A DNA stretch of 64,000 bases from Minutocellus sp. GHC0000111 (lineage: Eukaryota). Below the pieces are notes generated by a model. That model did no database searches, was not told where the DNA came from, and was given only the letters and a program-made list of their open reading frames with translations. The stretch lies in the NCBI GenBank assembly GCA_977018835.1, contig OZ361261.1, positions 1,612,001-1,676,000 on the forward strand. Reading direction: 5' to 3'. How positions within the stretch are numbered: position 1 is the first letter of the stretch; the number at the start of each line of letters is the position of its first letter. Of the stretch, positions 22,265-33,964 are shown piece after piece. The position numbers and the translations under genes are program-made.

Positions 22265-25200
22265 TTATGCGCCACAGTTGAGGCACTCCTCCTCTCCACC
22301 AACGGTCTGAAGTCCGGCGATGCCCTGGCCAACGGCGGGGGCCGGGGAATCAGTCTTCTTCTCCTCTCCGGCCTTTCGGTCCTCGGCAAGCTGCTCCTTG
22401 TTGACGGTGAACTGGATGGCATCGGCCTTAGGGCGGGTGCGGAGGTAGTACATACCGGTCTTGAGACCCTGCTTCCATGCGTAGAAGTGCATCGAGGTAA
22501 GCATGGCGGTGGTGGGCTCGGCAATGTGGACGTTGAGAGACTGGGACTGGCAGATGTAGGCACCACGGTCGGCGGCCATATCGAGGATGGACCTCTGGGA
22601 GATCTCCCAAACCGTCTTGAACACATCCTTGATGGGCTGGGGGATCTCGCGAACGTTCTGGATGGATCCACCGTCGGCGATGATCTGGTTACGGACCGAC
22701 TGAGTCCAGAGACCACGGGCGGTGAGCTCGCGGAGGAGGTGCTTGTTGACAATGGTGAACTCACCGGCGAGGACACGACGATTGTACATGTTGGAGGTGA
22801 AGGGCTCGGTGGCCTCGTTGTTGCCCAGGATCTGAGCAGTGGAGGCAGTAGGCATGGGAGCCATGAGGAGAGAGTTGCGCATGCCGTGCTGAGCAATCTT
22901 CTCCTTGAGGCCGGCCCAGTCCCAGCGGTCGCTGGGGGTGACGCCCCACATGCCGTACTGGAGCTCGCCCTTGCTGGCGGGAGATCCCTCGTAGGACTCG
23001 TAGGTGCCCTCCTCCTCGGCAAGCTTGCAACTGGAGGTGACAGCACCGAAGTAGATGGTCTCGAAGATGTCCTTGTTGAGCTGACGGGCCTCGGGACTGT
23101 CGAAAGGAATCTTGAGCTTCTGGAAGCAGTCAGCAAGACCCTGGACGCCGATACCGATGGGACGGTGACGCATGTTGGAGTTCTTGGCCTCCTTGACGGG
23201 GTAGAAGTTGCGGTCAATGACACGGTTCAAGTTGCGGGTGACAATCTCACTGATCTCACGGAGCTTGTCAAAGTCAAAGACACCATCGAAGGTATTGTAC
23301 TCGGTGGCCTCCTTGGTAACGAACTTGGACAGACTGATCGAGGCAAGGTTGCAAACGGCAACCTCATCGGGGGAGGTGTACTCAACAATCTCGGTACAGA
23401 GGTTGGAGCACTTGATGGTACCGAGGTTCTTCTGGTTGGACTTGTTGTTGCAGTGGTCCTTGAAGAGCATGTAGGGGGTACCGGTCTCGACCTGAGAATC
23501 GAGGATGGCGAACCAGAGCTGCTGAGCCTTGATGGTCTTGCGGCCCTTGCCCTCCTTCTCGTACTTCTCGTAGAGGGCCTCGAACTCCTCACCGTAGCAG
23601 TCGGCGAGGCCGGGGCACTCATTGGGGCACATGAGGGTCCACTCGCCGTTGGCCTGGACACGCTTCATGAAGAGGTCGGGAATCCAAAGGGCGTAGAACA
23701 GATCACGGGCACGGTCGGACTCGTTGCCGTGGTTCTTACGAAGGTCGAGGAAGGGGAAGATATCGGCATGCCAGGGCTCGATGTAGGCGGCGAAACTGCC
23801 CTTGCGCTTTCCTCCGCCCTGATCGACGTACCGGGCAGTGTTGTTGAAGACACGGAGCATAGGAACGATGCCGTTGGAGGTGCCGTTGGTACCACGGATG
23901 TAGGACTGGGAGGCACGGATGTTGGAGATGGACATGCCGATGCCGCCAGCGTACTTGGAGATGACGGCGCACTGCTTGAGGGTGTCGTAGATGCCGTCGA
24001 TGGAGTCCTCCTTCATGGCGAGGAGGAAGCAAGAGGACATTTGGGGGTTGGGAGTTCCGGCGTTGAAGAGAGTGGGGGTGGCATGGGTGAAGAATCGGTC
24101 CGACAGAAAGTTGTAGGTCTCGAGGACGCGGGGGATGTCGTCCATGTGGATGCCGACGGAGACGCGCATGAGCATGTGCTGGGGACGCTCGGCGACCTTG
24201 CCGTCGATCTTGAGCAGGTAGGACTTCTCCAGAGTCTTGAAGCCGAAGTAGTCGAACTCAAAGTCACGGTTGTGCATAACGGCGGCGTCGAGGGTGTCCT
24301 TGTGCTCCATGATGACGTTGTAGACGTCCTCGGCAATGAGGGGGGCGGGCTCACCGGTCTTGGGGTGGACGTAGTTGCGGAATCGCTCGATGTTCTCCGA
24401 GAAGCTCTTGGTCGTCATCTTGTGCATATTGGAAACGCAGATGCGGGCGGCCAGGATGGAGCAGTCGGGATGGTGGGTGGCAAAGGAGGCGGCAGTCTGG
24501 GCGGCCAGCTCGTCGAGCTCGACGGTGGTAACGCCGGGGTAGACGCCCTGGATGACCTTTTGCGAGATCTTGACGGGGTCGACATGCTGTTATCATGAAT
24601 GGGCAAATTGCGCAAGTTATTTGAGTTCGTGTGCGTATTTCAATGACGACGTCGTTTGATGGATATGGCGGGGAGAATGCGGGAGAGGAGGGGACGAATA
24701 ATTACGATGAGAATTTTGGTGAAGGAAATGTGTGCTCGGAAAATTTGCATTTCGATAGAAGCAGCCAAAGCCAAGCAATGACCGCTAATCCCCTCTACCC
24801 GAGTAAATCTGCAAAAGAGTGTCTCCCGAATGAACGACCGGCCAAATAATATCACATGGCACATATCATGCCTCTTTTGCATTTGTGCCGGCGCATTTTT
24901 GTGGTTGCGCATTTCATTCGTCATTGCAATGCCAGTCGCTCAAGAAGGGCCACCGGGACAAGATATGTGCAGCATATTGCGACACTTTTGTGGCGGCACG
25001 GGTCGAGGAGGCTCGGCATTCGGTCCGGAAACGGCATGGGAGAATATGCCAAACGGACCGCCGGAATGGATGGCGGGGAATGGATGGCGGGGTTCCGGCC
25101 CATCACGAAAAATATTGGCCAACCCCATTGCGATGTAAAATGCACATGATGTGCTCGAAACGTCGGCCGAAGCGTCGGATTGCCAAGTGTAAACCAATGC

Positions 25201-25414
25201 ATTTTTATGACGAGCCTTCGACAAAACGAGAGGACCGAGGAGAACCTCTCGCCAAACCTTGTCCTCCTTCATTCAACTTGGCGCCCAAGTTTTTTCAATC
25301 TCAGGAAATTTTACGCACCTTGGGGTTGAGGCCGTAGCAAAGCTTGGAGATGCGGCTGGTGATCTTGTCGAAGTGGACCGACTCCTTCCGGCCGTCCCTC
25401 TTGATGATGTACAT
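22265..25414 (-). CDS. RNR1: Ribonucleotide reductase large subunit; exons 25414-25319 and 24586-22265
   Basis: ATP cone [22 protein letters not shown], spliced [34 protein letters not shown] and C-terminal ECLNCGA. Confidence 0.97.
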
Positions 25415-25514
25415 CTCGCTCATGGTTGGACGGTGGGGTTTGGGTGGAGGTTAGGGGCAAACGCCGCTCGTCCAATACAAGTGAATAATGACGAGGTTTT
25501 GCATGGGGTGTGGC

Positions 25515-25522
25515 TTCCCGCC
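25515..25522. promoter_or_regulatory. Possible E2F-like site about 100 bp upstream of the RNR start
   Basis: TTCCCGCC fits TTSSCGSS and RNR is a classic S-phase E2F target, but a motif this short can occur by chance. Confidence 0.25.
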
Positions 25523-25819
25523 TTTTTTTTCGGCTCCAGCTCATTCCGTGTGCGCGCAGGCCGCGCCAGCGCGAGGTTTTGAGGCGGTAAAAAAGAAAAG
25601 AGCTCGCATTTTGAGTAACAAGTACGCTGTAAAAACACGAAGTTGGTTCAAATTTATCACCTCGCCGCTGCAGCGCCGGCCCTCCCAGGTCGCCGAAAAT
25701 GATGGCGGCTGATCGAACCCCCGGGGGGGGGGGGCTCTCATCAGTCAAATGAATATCCCATGTCACATGCAAACTACCGAAGAGTACAAAGATACCGCAG
25801 CCACTGAAAGGGATAAATA

Positions 25820-26943
25820 ATGAGCACTCCCGGCGACGTTTCGGGCGTAGCCAATCGTCTTGAAAAGATGCTGATCGCCTCTGGCTCGGGTGCCGCGACC
25901 ACAGCCATGAAGTCAAATGCAAAAGATACCGAGGGTGACACGGAAAAGAATAGCAAGTGCTGCGCCGCGTGCGGCAAGGACGGCGATGGTCTCAAAAAGT
26001 GCACGGCGTGCAAATCGGTTTGGTACTGCAACGTGTCGTGCCAGAAGGCTCATCGCAAGGCCCATGTGAAGATGTGCAAGCGCATCGAGAAGATTCTCAA
26101 GGAGGAGCAGCAGCCGGCCGTCGGCAGTAAGATGTCGAAGGATGAAGATTCTACGGAGGAGGAGAAAGGAAACGATACGAGGAACACCAACGCGAGCGAG
26201 AAGGGAGACAACACCAAGCACATTATCCAATCGAGGCCTGATTGCGACATCTGCATGCTTCCTTTGCCCCCTCCTAAAATCGGATCATCGTACATGCCTT
26301 GTTGTGGCAAGACGCTCTGTTCCGGTTGTATCTTTGTGCACAATCGAATCAACGAAGATGAAGAGCATTGGCCAAAGTGCCCATTCTGCAGAGCCCCAGA
26401 ATGCGCAGCTGAGGAGGAATTTCTAGCGCTTGTAAAGCAGAGAGCTGCGTTGGATGACGTAGAAGCCATAAAGAAGCTCGCGCATTACCACCTCAAGGGC
26501 ATGTACGGCATGCCGTTGGACGCGGCAAAGGCAGTCGAGCTCTTTCGACTGAAATCGAACGTTGCAGCGCCCACTCATATTTCATGCTTGGAGAGATCTA
26601 TGGCAACGGAAAATCGAGCCTCGATCAGGACATGGCAAAGGCAGTCAAATATTGGGAGGAAGGTGCCGCACTCGGCGATCCGTACTGCCACTTCGAACTC
26701 GGCGTGGTCAAGGGCAGACGTGGCTCCCATGTTGATGCGATCCAGCATTTTGAAATTGCGGCGAAGGCAGGTCTCGGTGTTGGGGTGGATATGCTCATAA
26801 AATATCACCAGATGGGAAAGGTTGATCTCGAGAAGTCGATCCGTGCCAAGTACGAGGTATGGGCGGAGATGCAGAGCGAGGAGCGTGATCGTTTCATTGA
26901 ATTCTTGAAGGAAACTGGGCAATACAACAAGGCTGATTGGTAA
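25820..26943 (+). pseudogene. MYND zinc finger + RING + Sel1-repeat protein with a frameshift near 26548
   Basis: CAACGK..KCTACKSVWYCNVSCQKAH, CDICMLPLP, CCGKTLC and CPFCR; the Sel1 repeats continue in another frame (ORF 26584-26943). Confidence 0.8.
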
Positions 26944-27141
26944 ATTCGGATACATGCATAGCTTTTTTCGAAGACCATCTGAGAGGAAGAGAGATAAAAA
27001 TTCTCGAATACGTTGCTGTATACATTCAATTAGTCAAGGTTTGCACTACAGGCTTCCACATAATATTGTATCCACTAGTAGCTCGTTTCCTTCCATTTTA
27101 TGCAGAACTGGTCCCCAATTTTCAATGATTGGACAGAGATT

Positions 27142-29223
27142 TCAGCATTCATCAGGCTTCCCATCATCACTCTCGAGGCCATTGATTGCTGTTCGCCGAG
27201 AATGACACATATACCTAAGAGATGTTCGAGCGGTATCAAACTTCGATGCATCCGCAATCCGCTCCACCCACTTCTTAACAGGAGGGAATAAGTTAAATAA
27301 AACCCCAAAGACTCCAATGGCAAGCATGACAAACCAATAGCGATAGACCTCGGCCTGGTTGTACAGTTCGAGCGTACCAAGATCAGTTGTCCCAGCGTCG
27401 TTGGTAAAGAAGTTCCGGCACACATTGTAAAGAGCTACTGCAAGGAAACTACTTACACCCATGGTCAAAAAGTCATTGATTGCGCTGGCCAGACCCTTGT
27501 TCTGCTTCGGTGCTAGGACAAACGTAGCCTCAATGGTCGATGAAATTGAAATCATTTCGCCACAGCCGACAAATACAAAGCAAAAGGTCTGCCAGAGAAT
27601 GTTGATGGGCTCTCCCGTTGCCTGGTACACAGCGCGGATTCGATACTCAATAATGAGGGCAGCAGCGATGGCCAAAGTAGCGAACAAGCATCCAATGGCG
27701 AATTTGGTGGTAATTGCCAGATGTATACCTCTCCCCGCCAATGCTGGATAAATCACACGGCTCGCCAAAACACCCGATAGAATGACAGATGTCGGACCAA
27801 AGTTTTGCATCAGTGCTGCATCGAATGGTCCAGCAGGTTTCATCACCTCCCCTTGTGTGATGAATACAGTGGACAGCTGGTTGAAAACGATGGTAAATGG
27901 CATCACCAACGATGAAACCGGAATCACATACAGCAATCTACGAACACTCTCGACAAAGGAATCTTCGTAATGCCCCCCATTTGATTCCTTGAGCTTGTCA
28001 AGACCGGGCAGCGCGGGCTTTAATGCTTGCTTTGGTGTGCATGTATCTTGGCTTTGGTGGAGAGAAGACCAGCAAAGCAATGATCCAAGCATCACCTTGA
28101 GACTATCGACCATGACCTTGCCATTTGGTTTCATTCGAACGTATCGTTTGGTCATCACGAGGAAGGCACCGAGAACCAACACCGAGGCAACTACCGGTAT
28201 CATGTAGGCAACAAAGATGTTGCTGTACTTGGCAACGCTAGGGACGATGATGCCACCGAGGAGTGATCCGATATTGATGCACAGATAAAAGGTGATGAAG
28301 TACTGCTCCAAGAACGACGATTGGAGGACTGGATGGTACTGCTTGGCTCCAAATACATTGACGACAGATATGATGGCCCCCGACCCCAGAGGATACAGGG
28401 CCAGCAACGAACTCATCAGAGCGTTGGTGTTGAACGAATCGCTGCCGAGCAGTTGGGGATAGGCCGTGAGGGCAATCAACAGCAGGCCTGGTATGAAGAA
28501 TAGAGACATACCGCTTACGATGACCCAGTAGTCACCAAGCCACACGTCCGCCAGGATGCCACCCAGAAAGGTTGCCGTGGAGGTGATGCCGGCCGACGCA
28601 CTGATGATTGTGCTGGCCTGGACGCTGGTGAAGTTGGCATTCCAGTGGTGTTGGTTGTTGATATTGGAATCATCGGCGGTGTACATATTATTATACGAGT
28701 ACTCGCCCGTCATGTACAGCTGCTGGGTGAAGGCGACGCCATAGTACGCAAACTGTTCCATGGCCTCTACGAGGACGATGAAAATGACGGAATGAAACAG
28801 AGGTCGGAGGACGTGGTGGTACCGGTTGCCAAACTCGTCGGCCGATTGGAGCGGTGCGTGTGCCTGTTGGTCTGGGCGATGGTCTTTTTCGTCGCCGTCG
28901 TCGTCACTTGATACGTACTCCTTGGGGAGGGAGGCCAGCTGATCCCGTCGGCTGACGTCGGTGGGCAGTACATGCAATTCGTGGTCGCCGATGAAGTAAT
29001 TGGACGAGTCGGTTCTACCACATGTACTTCTTCGTGTACGTGTAGTGGGAGATGTTGAAATAGTGCCAGGATCTGCATGATGTGTTCCTGATGAGCAGCA
29101 CTTATTGCTTGGAGGTGGTGGTACCGATGATGCCGATGCCACCGCCACCGCCACCGCCACCGCCGCCGCCTGTTCCTCAATGTCGCCAGCAGGGCAGGGC
29201 GGGGCATCATCGAATGTTTTCAT
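27142..29223 (-). CDS. POT/PTR (NPF) MFS peptide/nitrate transporter
   Basis: EAMEQFAYYG, GGILADVWLG, FGAKQY, FYLCINIGSLLG and AP...KGL motifs; about 12 TM segments. Confidence 0.9.
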   Translation of the reverse strand: MKTFDDAPPCPAGDIEEQAAAVAVAVAVASASSVPPPPSNKCCSSGTHHADPGTISTSPTTRTRRSTCGRTDSSNYFIGDHELHVLPTDVSRRDQLASLPKEYVSSDDDGDEKDHRPDQQAHAPLQSADEFGNRYHHVLRPLFHSVIFIVLVEAMEQFAYYGVAFTQQLYMTGEYSYNNMYTADDSNINNQHHWNANFTSVQASTIISASAGITSTATFLGGILADVWLGDYWVIVSGMSLFFIPGLLLIALTAYPQLLGSDSFNTNALMSSLLALYPLGSGAIISVVNVFGAKQYHPVLQSSFLEQYFITFYLCINIGSLLGGIIVPSVAKYSNIFVAYMIPVVASVLVLGAFLVMTKRYVRMKPNGKVMVDSLKVMLGSLLCWSSLHQSQDTCTPKQALKPALPGLDKLKESNGGHYEDSFVESVRRLLYVIPVSSLVMPFTIVFNQLSTVFITQGEVMKPAGPFDAALMQNFGPTSVILSGVLASRVIYPALAGRGIHLAITTKFAIGCLFATLAIAAALIIEYRIRAVYQATGEPINILWQTFCFVFVGCGEMISISSTIEATFVLAPKQNKGLASAINDFLTMGVSSFLAVALYNVCRNFFTNDAGTTDLGTLELYNQAEVYRYWFVMLAIGVFGVLFNLFPPVKKWVERIADASKFDTARTSLRYMCHSRRTAINGLESDDGKPDEC

Positions 29224-29557
29224 TGCTCATTTCTGCACGGGAGCTCATTCCCACGCATCTATCCGCGCAGGTGCTTATTTATTTGTGCTTTGACAGTGTA
29301 AATGCATAGCCTGCATGCAGCCTGCAGCCAGCCAGTAGCAAGGAGGACCTTCCTCCATGTTGCCACCGCATGGCGCAGCAGCAGCAGCCACACAATTTGG
29401 CGTCATGCAGAGGGGCTTTTCGCTCCTGCCCCCGCCCACCTAGGCCTACGTAGCTAGGTTCAAACGTCGCCGACTCGACTGACTCGCCGACGTCGCCGAG
29501 CCATGATAACGAACCGGCAAAGCAATTGGGCAAAGTCATTCAAACCGCCGAGCGGCC

Positions 29558-31354
29558 ATGGCGTATCAGCAGCAGCTTCCGCAGCCGCCCCAACCGCCGA
29601 CAATGCCAGCGAACGGTGGGATCGCGGGAGGTCGTCAACATCTTCCATCGGCGGCGTACGGTCAGCAGCAGCAAATGGTGAACAACAAGAGGCAGCAGTT
29701 ACCGACGCCGAACGCCATGCCGTCTGTGCAGCAGCAGCCAAACCAACGAGGTCCAGCGCAGCAGCAGCTGAGCCGGATGGTGCAGTCAGTGGCTCCAACC
29801 AAGACAGCAACAGGCGGAGGCAACGGCAACCACACCAACGCAATCGTTGCTCCCGTGTCGGCCCTGGCGCTGCTGCAGCGCAAGCGGCGGCGGTACGATT
29901 CCTCCTCCTCGGCAGGTGCAGCAACGACAGCGGGGAATTCAAATATTGGTCCTCGCGCCGGCGCAAATAATGGCTACTCCAACAGCAATAATGCCAGCAG
30001 GGGCAGCGGTGCGCCCACCATCCGCCTCCCGCCGCCGCTGTACCTTTTGTTACCACCGCCCCAGCTGAATTCCAATCCCAGCAACTCCAACTCGAGCTCC
30101 GGCCGGCACCAGCACCAGCTCCTCGCGGCATTGGCCAACCTGGCCACGTCCCGCGGCATATTCGAGATAGGGCAGGGCATCACCGAAATATCGGGCGAGG
30201 CCGGGAGCGGCAAGACCCAGCTGTGCTTGCGGCTGTGCGTCAGCTGTGCGTTGAGCACGTACTCGGTGGATGACGGTGGTGATGGAGATGGCGGTGAGAA
30301 TGGCGATGGTGGGAAAGGGAGACAGCAGCAACAGCAGATGGCAATGCCCCCTCCTCCTCCTCCAGCTGTCAATGTCAAGAATCCCTACGCCACCTCGTCC
30401 CATGCCCAGAGGGTGCAGCCGCGGCCAGCGGTGTCTCGGCAACGGCCGCAGCAGCAACTCGGGAATCGACAAGGACGACAGCGGCAACACTACCGGGCCG
30501 TCTACGTCACCATGGGGGAAGGTCTGAGCCCGTCGCAGATTGCCTATCGGCTCGGGCAGATGGCCACGGCCTCTACATCATCGGCATCGTCGGTATCATC
30601 GACAAATACCCACCATGGCAATGGAAGCGGTCAGGGCAACAGCGATAGCACCGCCATCCTCAACCGCATCCTGACCCGATCGGTGCGGAACGAGGACGAG
30701 CTGCTCGATCTGGTCCGGAGGGAGCTGCCCGCCATGCTCCGACGGGGGTGGGGGGACGATCGCAATGCATGCAATGTCCACAGCAGCACCGCATCACCAT
30801 CTGCCGAGGGTCGCATAGGTCTGGTCGTGCTGGACAGCATCGCCGGTATGTTCCGTCTCCCGGACGTGGCCAAGGACAGGGGCACGGCGTTCTTTGCACG
30901 GAGGAGCGAGATATTGTTTGGGTTGTCGGCGCAATTGCGCAAGTTGGGGGATGAGTACGGTGTGGCCTTTGTGGTGGCCAATCAGGTCACGGCTGGGAAG
31001 GCCGCCAGTGGTGGTGGGCCGAGGATTATGGGTGGTAGTGGAGGTGGTAGCGGCAGTGGTGGCAATGCCATACCGGCCCTGGGACTGTCGTGGTCCAACT
31101 GTATCAACACGAGATTTGTCCTGAGGAGATCGGAAACGTTGAGCTCGAGGATGGGCGTGAGCAGTGTTGGGAGTGGAGGCGGTAGTGGTGCAACGAATGC
31201 CAATGGCACTCAGCAACAGAATCAGCAGGCACAGGCACCGGTGTCCATGTTCAAACGCTGGGCGAGGGTGGCCATGTCACCGGTATTGCCACCCGTGTCG
31301 GTTCCCTTTGTCATTGATGTGCGAGGAGGGGTTGCTACGGAGAATCCGAAGTAA
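29558..31354 (+). CDS. RAD51 paralogue (XRCC3-like)
   Basis: Walker A ITEISGEAGSGKTQLCL, Walker B LVVLDSIAG, VVANQV and PALGLSWSNCINTR, with low-complexity insertions. Confidence 0.85.
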   Translation: MAYQQQLPQPPQPPTMPANGGIAGGRQHLPSAAYGQQQQMVNNKRQQLPTPNAMPSVQQQPNQRGPAQQQLSRMVQSVAPTKTATGGGNGNHTNAIVAPVSALALLQRKRRRYDSSSSAGAATTAGNSNIGPRAGANNGYSNSNNASRGSGAPTIRLPPPLYLLLPPPQLNSNPSNSNSSSGRHQHQLLAALANLATSRGIFEIGQGITEISGEAGSGKTQLCLRLCVSCALSTYSVDDGGDGDGGENGDGGKGRQQQQQMAMPPPPPPAVNVKNPYATSSHAQRVQPRPAVSRQRPQQQLGNRQGRQRQHYRAVYVTMGEGLSPSQIAYRLGQMATASTSSASSVSSTNTHHGNGSGQGNSDSTAILNRILTRSVRNEDELLDLVRRELPAMLRRGWGDDRNACNVHSSTASPSAEGRIGLVVLDSIAGMFRLPDVAKDRGTAFFARRSEILFGLSAQLRKLGDEYGVAFVVANQVTAGKAASGGGPRIMGGSGGGSGSGGNAIPALGLSWSNCINTRFVLRRSETLSSRMGVSSVGSGGGSGATNANGTQQQNQQAQAPVSMFKRWARVAMSPVLPPVSVPFVIDVRGGVATENPK

Positions 31355-31499
31355 TTTACTAATACATGCGACGGCTCTTGAGTGCATGTATTTATTATTT
31401 GGCAGGGAAATAGCCAATTACTGCGGACTTTCAACCTTGACCATTTCTACTCGTTTAGGGCCACGTACTTTTCAATTGTCCAACCTTCATGGGAACTTG

Positions 31500-33370
31500 T
31501 TAATTACCACCACTGCTCTCCTTGGGAAAAATCCGAATCACCTCCGACGCCGTCTTTCGAATTGAAGTAAAGCCGAAAAGTTTATCAACTGCAATTTGTA
31601 GCAATGCATTCTTCCGGATTCTGGCGTTGACCAAGTTCTTATTAAGCTCAGGATCGTGGTAAAGCCGCATAATATCACCCACAGGAAGACGGGAGTTTTC
31701 TAACAATCGGAGTCGATCATTCGTTTCCGAAGTATTAACCAGAGCGCTGAGAATTTCCAGGGACACCTTGGATACCGATTTGTGGTTTAGCACCGCATAC
31801 GCCAAAAAGTCTAAAGGAATTCCTTCTTCATTGGTGAGAGCATCACTGCAGGCTCTTTCGAGGAAAGTCAATGGAATATCATTGTACCTCACACAAAAAA
31901 TAGCCTCCAAAACTTGATCTGACTGCGCATCCATAGTTGCCATGCGCTCGAGGACTTCAGGTGGTGTCTGAGTATTGCATGCAACAGCTTCTTGGACATC
32001 GGCATCGTCATTAAGTGACAATAGCTCAAGGATATGCACGGGGGTAGCTTCGTTTCCTGCAAGAGCTATTTTGCAGTCTTCATCTTGCACGAGTTCTTCG
32101 ACCAATGACGCAGTGATGCTTTCATTTCGAGCTACTGCATCTCGAATATCTTCGTCCCCAGAATTCACAAGGACCTGCAAAGTATCAACGGGAGCAGCAT
32201 CATTCGAAGCAACTTCATTATCATAGGTACCCCCGTCCATTCCAAGCAAAGTCCTCAACAGGCCCGAATCGTTGCTAAAACAGGCTAGCGTTGACCGATG
32301 GTTCTTATTATTGATCGAAAAGATTTCGTCGACATTGCAATTCTTGTTGCTTTGTATGTGCCAAAGCAGGGTTTCGTCGGTATTAAAAGATGCAAGCATC
32401 TTTAGCAAAGTCTTGTCTGCACGTTCATTCCTGGCGACAGCCCTGCGCACGGACAGGGAAGAGTCCCTACTTAGCTCGACCAACATTTCTTTTGAGGCAC
32501 TGGCATTTAAGGCACACGCTTCTCGGACCTCTTTCTTTCCATCTTTAGAGAGATTTTGGAGCAATCCAAATCGCTCAGCGTTCACATTCTGAGCAACACC
32601 CTTTCGAGCTTCTACAGACGCGTGAGCCGCCAAATATTGAAGGTCCATTTGGTTGGTATTCTTGTGAGATGCAATCGCATAAAGAACCTTGCCAATGTCC
32701 AAAGTCTTTTGAGACGACCGAGACTGCGGCAAACGAAGGAGAATGGCAGAAAGAATTTCATTCGTTGCGTTCTGCTGAGCTACTATTTTAGCGGTGGACA
32801 ACCCGAGATGATCATTTTCTGCAAAAGGGAAACCGATAAATGCTTGTTACCGTCAACTAGGATGTAACTCATGACTTTTTCGTCGCATCCTGGATAAATG
32901 AGGCTCTGTAACATTTGGTCAGACGTAAGTGGTGATGAAGCCAAAATCATCGTGGCAAGATCATTCAGTTTCCAGCCACACGTCTTGCCGGTGCGTTTCG
33001 ATATCACTGGTTCCGTCAAAAACGACCGAAGAAGGAATAGATCCAGGCCAGTTTTCGGGCTGGGGACCACAGGCAGTTCAAGTGCACGCAACTCTGCATC
33101 TGGCAACGCATCCATGGCCATGCGCCAGCACCGATCATCGCGACATTGGGCAACGCCTTCCCGGCCGGCATATCCCAGGAGCTTAACATATAGTTCGCCG
33201 CCAAATAGTAGGTCCTTTGCTTTTTGGTGGTCGCTCTCATTCTCATTTGGCAATTTGTCGGTCGATTCTCTGTGAGGAGATACTAGATGCACTGGAAGCT
33301 TGGAGCTATCGGGGGAGCTGATGTCAAGGCATCTGTAGCTCGATGCCGTGGACGGGGCAGATACCACCAT
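31500..33370 (-). pseudogene. LRV/HEAT-like repeat protein with a possible F-box-like N-terminus; frameshift near 32800-32825
   Basis: Repeated VAxNxxTP..L..L..D....VR.AVAxN units; two overlapping ORFs (33370-32783 and 32801-31500) in different frames. Confidence 0.65.
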
Positions 33371-33964
33371 CGCCTTGCTGCTGATCTCAGTCCTTCTTGC
33401 TTCTCCGATAAATCGTCTTGCTTCTCGACTTGACTTCTCAGATAAATCGTGGAGGACTGCTTGGGTTTAGCGGAGAAGCCGAGAGAGGCGTTTGCTTTTT
33501 ATGAAATAGTAGATGACGCGAAAGGTTTGAACGCACGTACTTGAGAGATTGAGCGAGCTCAAGAACAATCAACGCGTCTTCTTTATAAGTCAGCCGGGTG
33601 AGGTGAGGATATGCGTGCCCTCCTTGCTTGTGGTTTCTCGCATCGAAAGTGTGGTTTGTGGTTACGGCGGTTGGCTACGGTAGACAGAACCACTAAAGAT
33701 GAAATCTTTAGTGGATACACAAGATACACCGACACGGCATTTTCTGCCTTCGCTTTAGCACTTTGCTCTGCCTTCGGCGCAGCAACTTCTCGTTCGGCCT
33801 GCCAGTTGTTGCCGAGCGCCCAGTGCATACCGTACAAAGAAGTTAATTTCGGTGCATACCGGCGCATACATTCTTCGCCAGCCTTGCTTGTTCCTGATTC
33901 ATGCTTGCATTCCGCCCAATAACCCATTTGCTGGTTAGCTGCGCACGCGTGAAGTTCAACGACG

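Noticed and set aside
22487..24598. 703-aa ORF antisense to RNR
   Set aside because: It mirrors the strongly biased codon usage of RNR, which avoids antisense stops, and has no recognisable domain.
25718..25735. C/G homopolymer tract between RNR and MYND
   Set aside because: A simple homopolymer of unreliable length, with no further structure.
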